DNA of 63,367 nucleotides, the filler included, from Rhabdomonas costata (Eukaryota), in assembly GCA_019059605.1 (NCBI GenBank). It is 38 parts of 38 records of this genome, joined end to end, with 100 filler letters (N's around TTAATTAATTAA, not from the genome) between each part and the next. Parts side by side here need not be neighbours in the genome. Positions count along the whole stretch, not along the records: positions 61,799 to 63,367 come from JAHMHO010012860.1; 37 more parts are not named here. One strand, written 5' to 3'. Of the stretch, positions 62,167 through 63,367 are shown piece after piece. The notes beneath the pieces were generated by a model. It did not search any database and was not told where the DNA came from. It worked only from the letters and a program-made list of their open reading frames with translations. Both the position numbers and the translations under genes were made by a program. Each line of letters starts with the position of its first letter. Position 1 is the stretch's first letter.

Positions 62167-63327
62167 ATGGCCGACAAGGCAGGAGGCAGGCCCCTGGACG
62201 AGGTTGTGGTGAGCCGTGCGATCATTGACACGCAGACCAAGGTGATGATGGAGCACCTGGACACGGACGTGGCGATTGTGGGGGGTGGCCCCGCGGGGCT
62301 GACCGCTGCGGCGTGCCTGGCGGGCAGTGGGCTGAGGGTGTCGATCTTCGAGCGCAAGCTGGGCATCGGCGGGGGGGTGCTGGGCGGGGGGATGTGCTTC
62401 CCTCGGATTGTCGTGCAGGACGCCGCGCTGCCCCTGCTGCACCGGTTCGGGGTGAAGACGGAGGAGTACCAGAGGGGCTACTTCACCGCCAACTCCGTGG
62501 AGGCACGCACCTCGCGCCCCTTTTGGTTTTTGCCTCAATGCCTTTCCCCCCATTGCCTTTTGCCTGGGCGCGTGGGAGTGGGACTGCGAGGGTGGAGGGC
62601 AGGGCAGCGGGCTGGGGGGCCGATGGATCCCCGAGGAGTTCTCAGTGGGTAATGGGTGAGGTTAAGTCGTGGCCCTTGCATCTCTGTTTGGCTCTGACCG
62701 CTCGCTCGCAGACCACTGGGAAGCTGATCGCGGCCGCCGCGGACGCTGGCGCGGAGATCTTCAACAACATCGCCGTGCAGGATGTGATGATCAAGGTGTG
62801 GGAGTGGGAGTGTGGTGGAGAGGAGGAGGATGAGTAGGAGGAGGATGAGTAGGAGGAGGGGAAGAAAGGAGGTGCTTGGTGCCCCCGTTCTTACATACCC
62901 TGGGGTGGATTTTACGCTTCGGTGTTGTTTCTTAAAAGAGGCTTTGAACGTATGCCAGCGGTGTTGTTGCTGCTGGTGCGTTGGAGCCACTCCCATTTGT
63001 GGGGGTTGTGTCCCACAGGTTCTCACTTTCTGTGAGTCGGTGCAACGGATTTTGATTTTACCAATCGGGTTTCTCGCCTTTTTTCTACCCGTTTCGTGAG
63101 TTTTCTTTGCGATGGCGCAGGAGGACGGTGTGCTGTGCGGGCTGGTGATCAACTGGGGAGCGGTGGACCAGATCAACCTGCACGTGGACCCTTTGGTGGT
63201 CTCCGCGAAGGTCGTGCTGGACGGCACGGGCCACGGCTCAGGGATCGGGCAGATGATTGTGAAGAAGGGTGGCAGCCTGAAGATCAAGGGCGAGAAGTTC
63301 ATGTGGGCGGCCCGCGGGGAGGAGCAG
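62167..63327 (+). CDS. thi4: Thiamine thiazole synthase THI4, prokaryotic His-type (sulfide-dependent), three exons, 3' partial
   Basis: Exons 62167-62502, 62712-62795 and 63121-63327, all phase 0, give LDEVVVSRAII...DVAIVGGGPAGL...FERKLGIGGGVLGGGMCFPRIVVQ...NSVE|TTGKLIAAAADAGAEIFNNIAVQDVMIK|EDGVLCGLVINWGAVDQINLHVDPLVVSAKVVLDGTGH...GEKFMWAARGEEQ. Confidence 0.93.
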
Positions 63328-63367
63328 GCGCGAGCGCGAGCGCGCGCGCACCTTCACCCCACAACAA

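Noticed and set aside
62503-63120. TPP riboswitch in the THI4 introns, as in fungal and algal THI4 genes
   Set aside because: No sense-strand CUGAGA plus CCUGA/UAAU..GCG.AGG core was seen in either intron or upstream. An Infernal RF00059 search would be decisive, and the 3' part of the gene is missing.
61819-63302. 244-aa and 255-aa minus-strand ORFs
   Set aside because: Antisense to the GC-rich THI4 exons, with no recognisable motifs.

Overview
This window is not one locus. It is 38 unrelated contigs of about 1.57 kb joined by an artificial 100-nt linker (44 N + TTAATTAATTAA + 44 N). Most contigs start with G/T-only and end with A/C-only bases, and several end in fold-back duplications, which points to a whole-genome-amplified library. 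The DNA is eukaryotic and intron-rich, with short exons, GT-AG introns and some GC-AG introns. It is probably euglenid, inferred from an articulin-like VPV protein and several Cache-type receptor cyclase fragments. Splicing exons by hand gives fragments of threonine synthase, a Cys-type SelM, an OGT-like TPR protein, a TRP-like channel, an articulin-like protein, receptor-type cyclases, alpha-tubulin acetyltransferase, lipin, an XRN-family exonuclease, a SPF45/PUF60 UHM domain, a mucin-like protein, CDC23/APC8, a PRP19-like WD40, a midasin-like AAA+ protein, a STAND-type helical domain, a voltage-sensor channel and an FNR-like reductase. The standout is an intron-containing THI4 of the prokaryotic His-type (sulfide-using, non-suicide) class at 62167-63327. 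Also notable are a lipin exon inverted relative to its neighbours and a 277-bp MITE with an 8-bp target-site duplication. All protein calls rest on motif recognition by eye; no database search was run.
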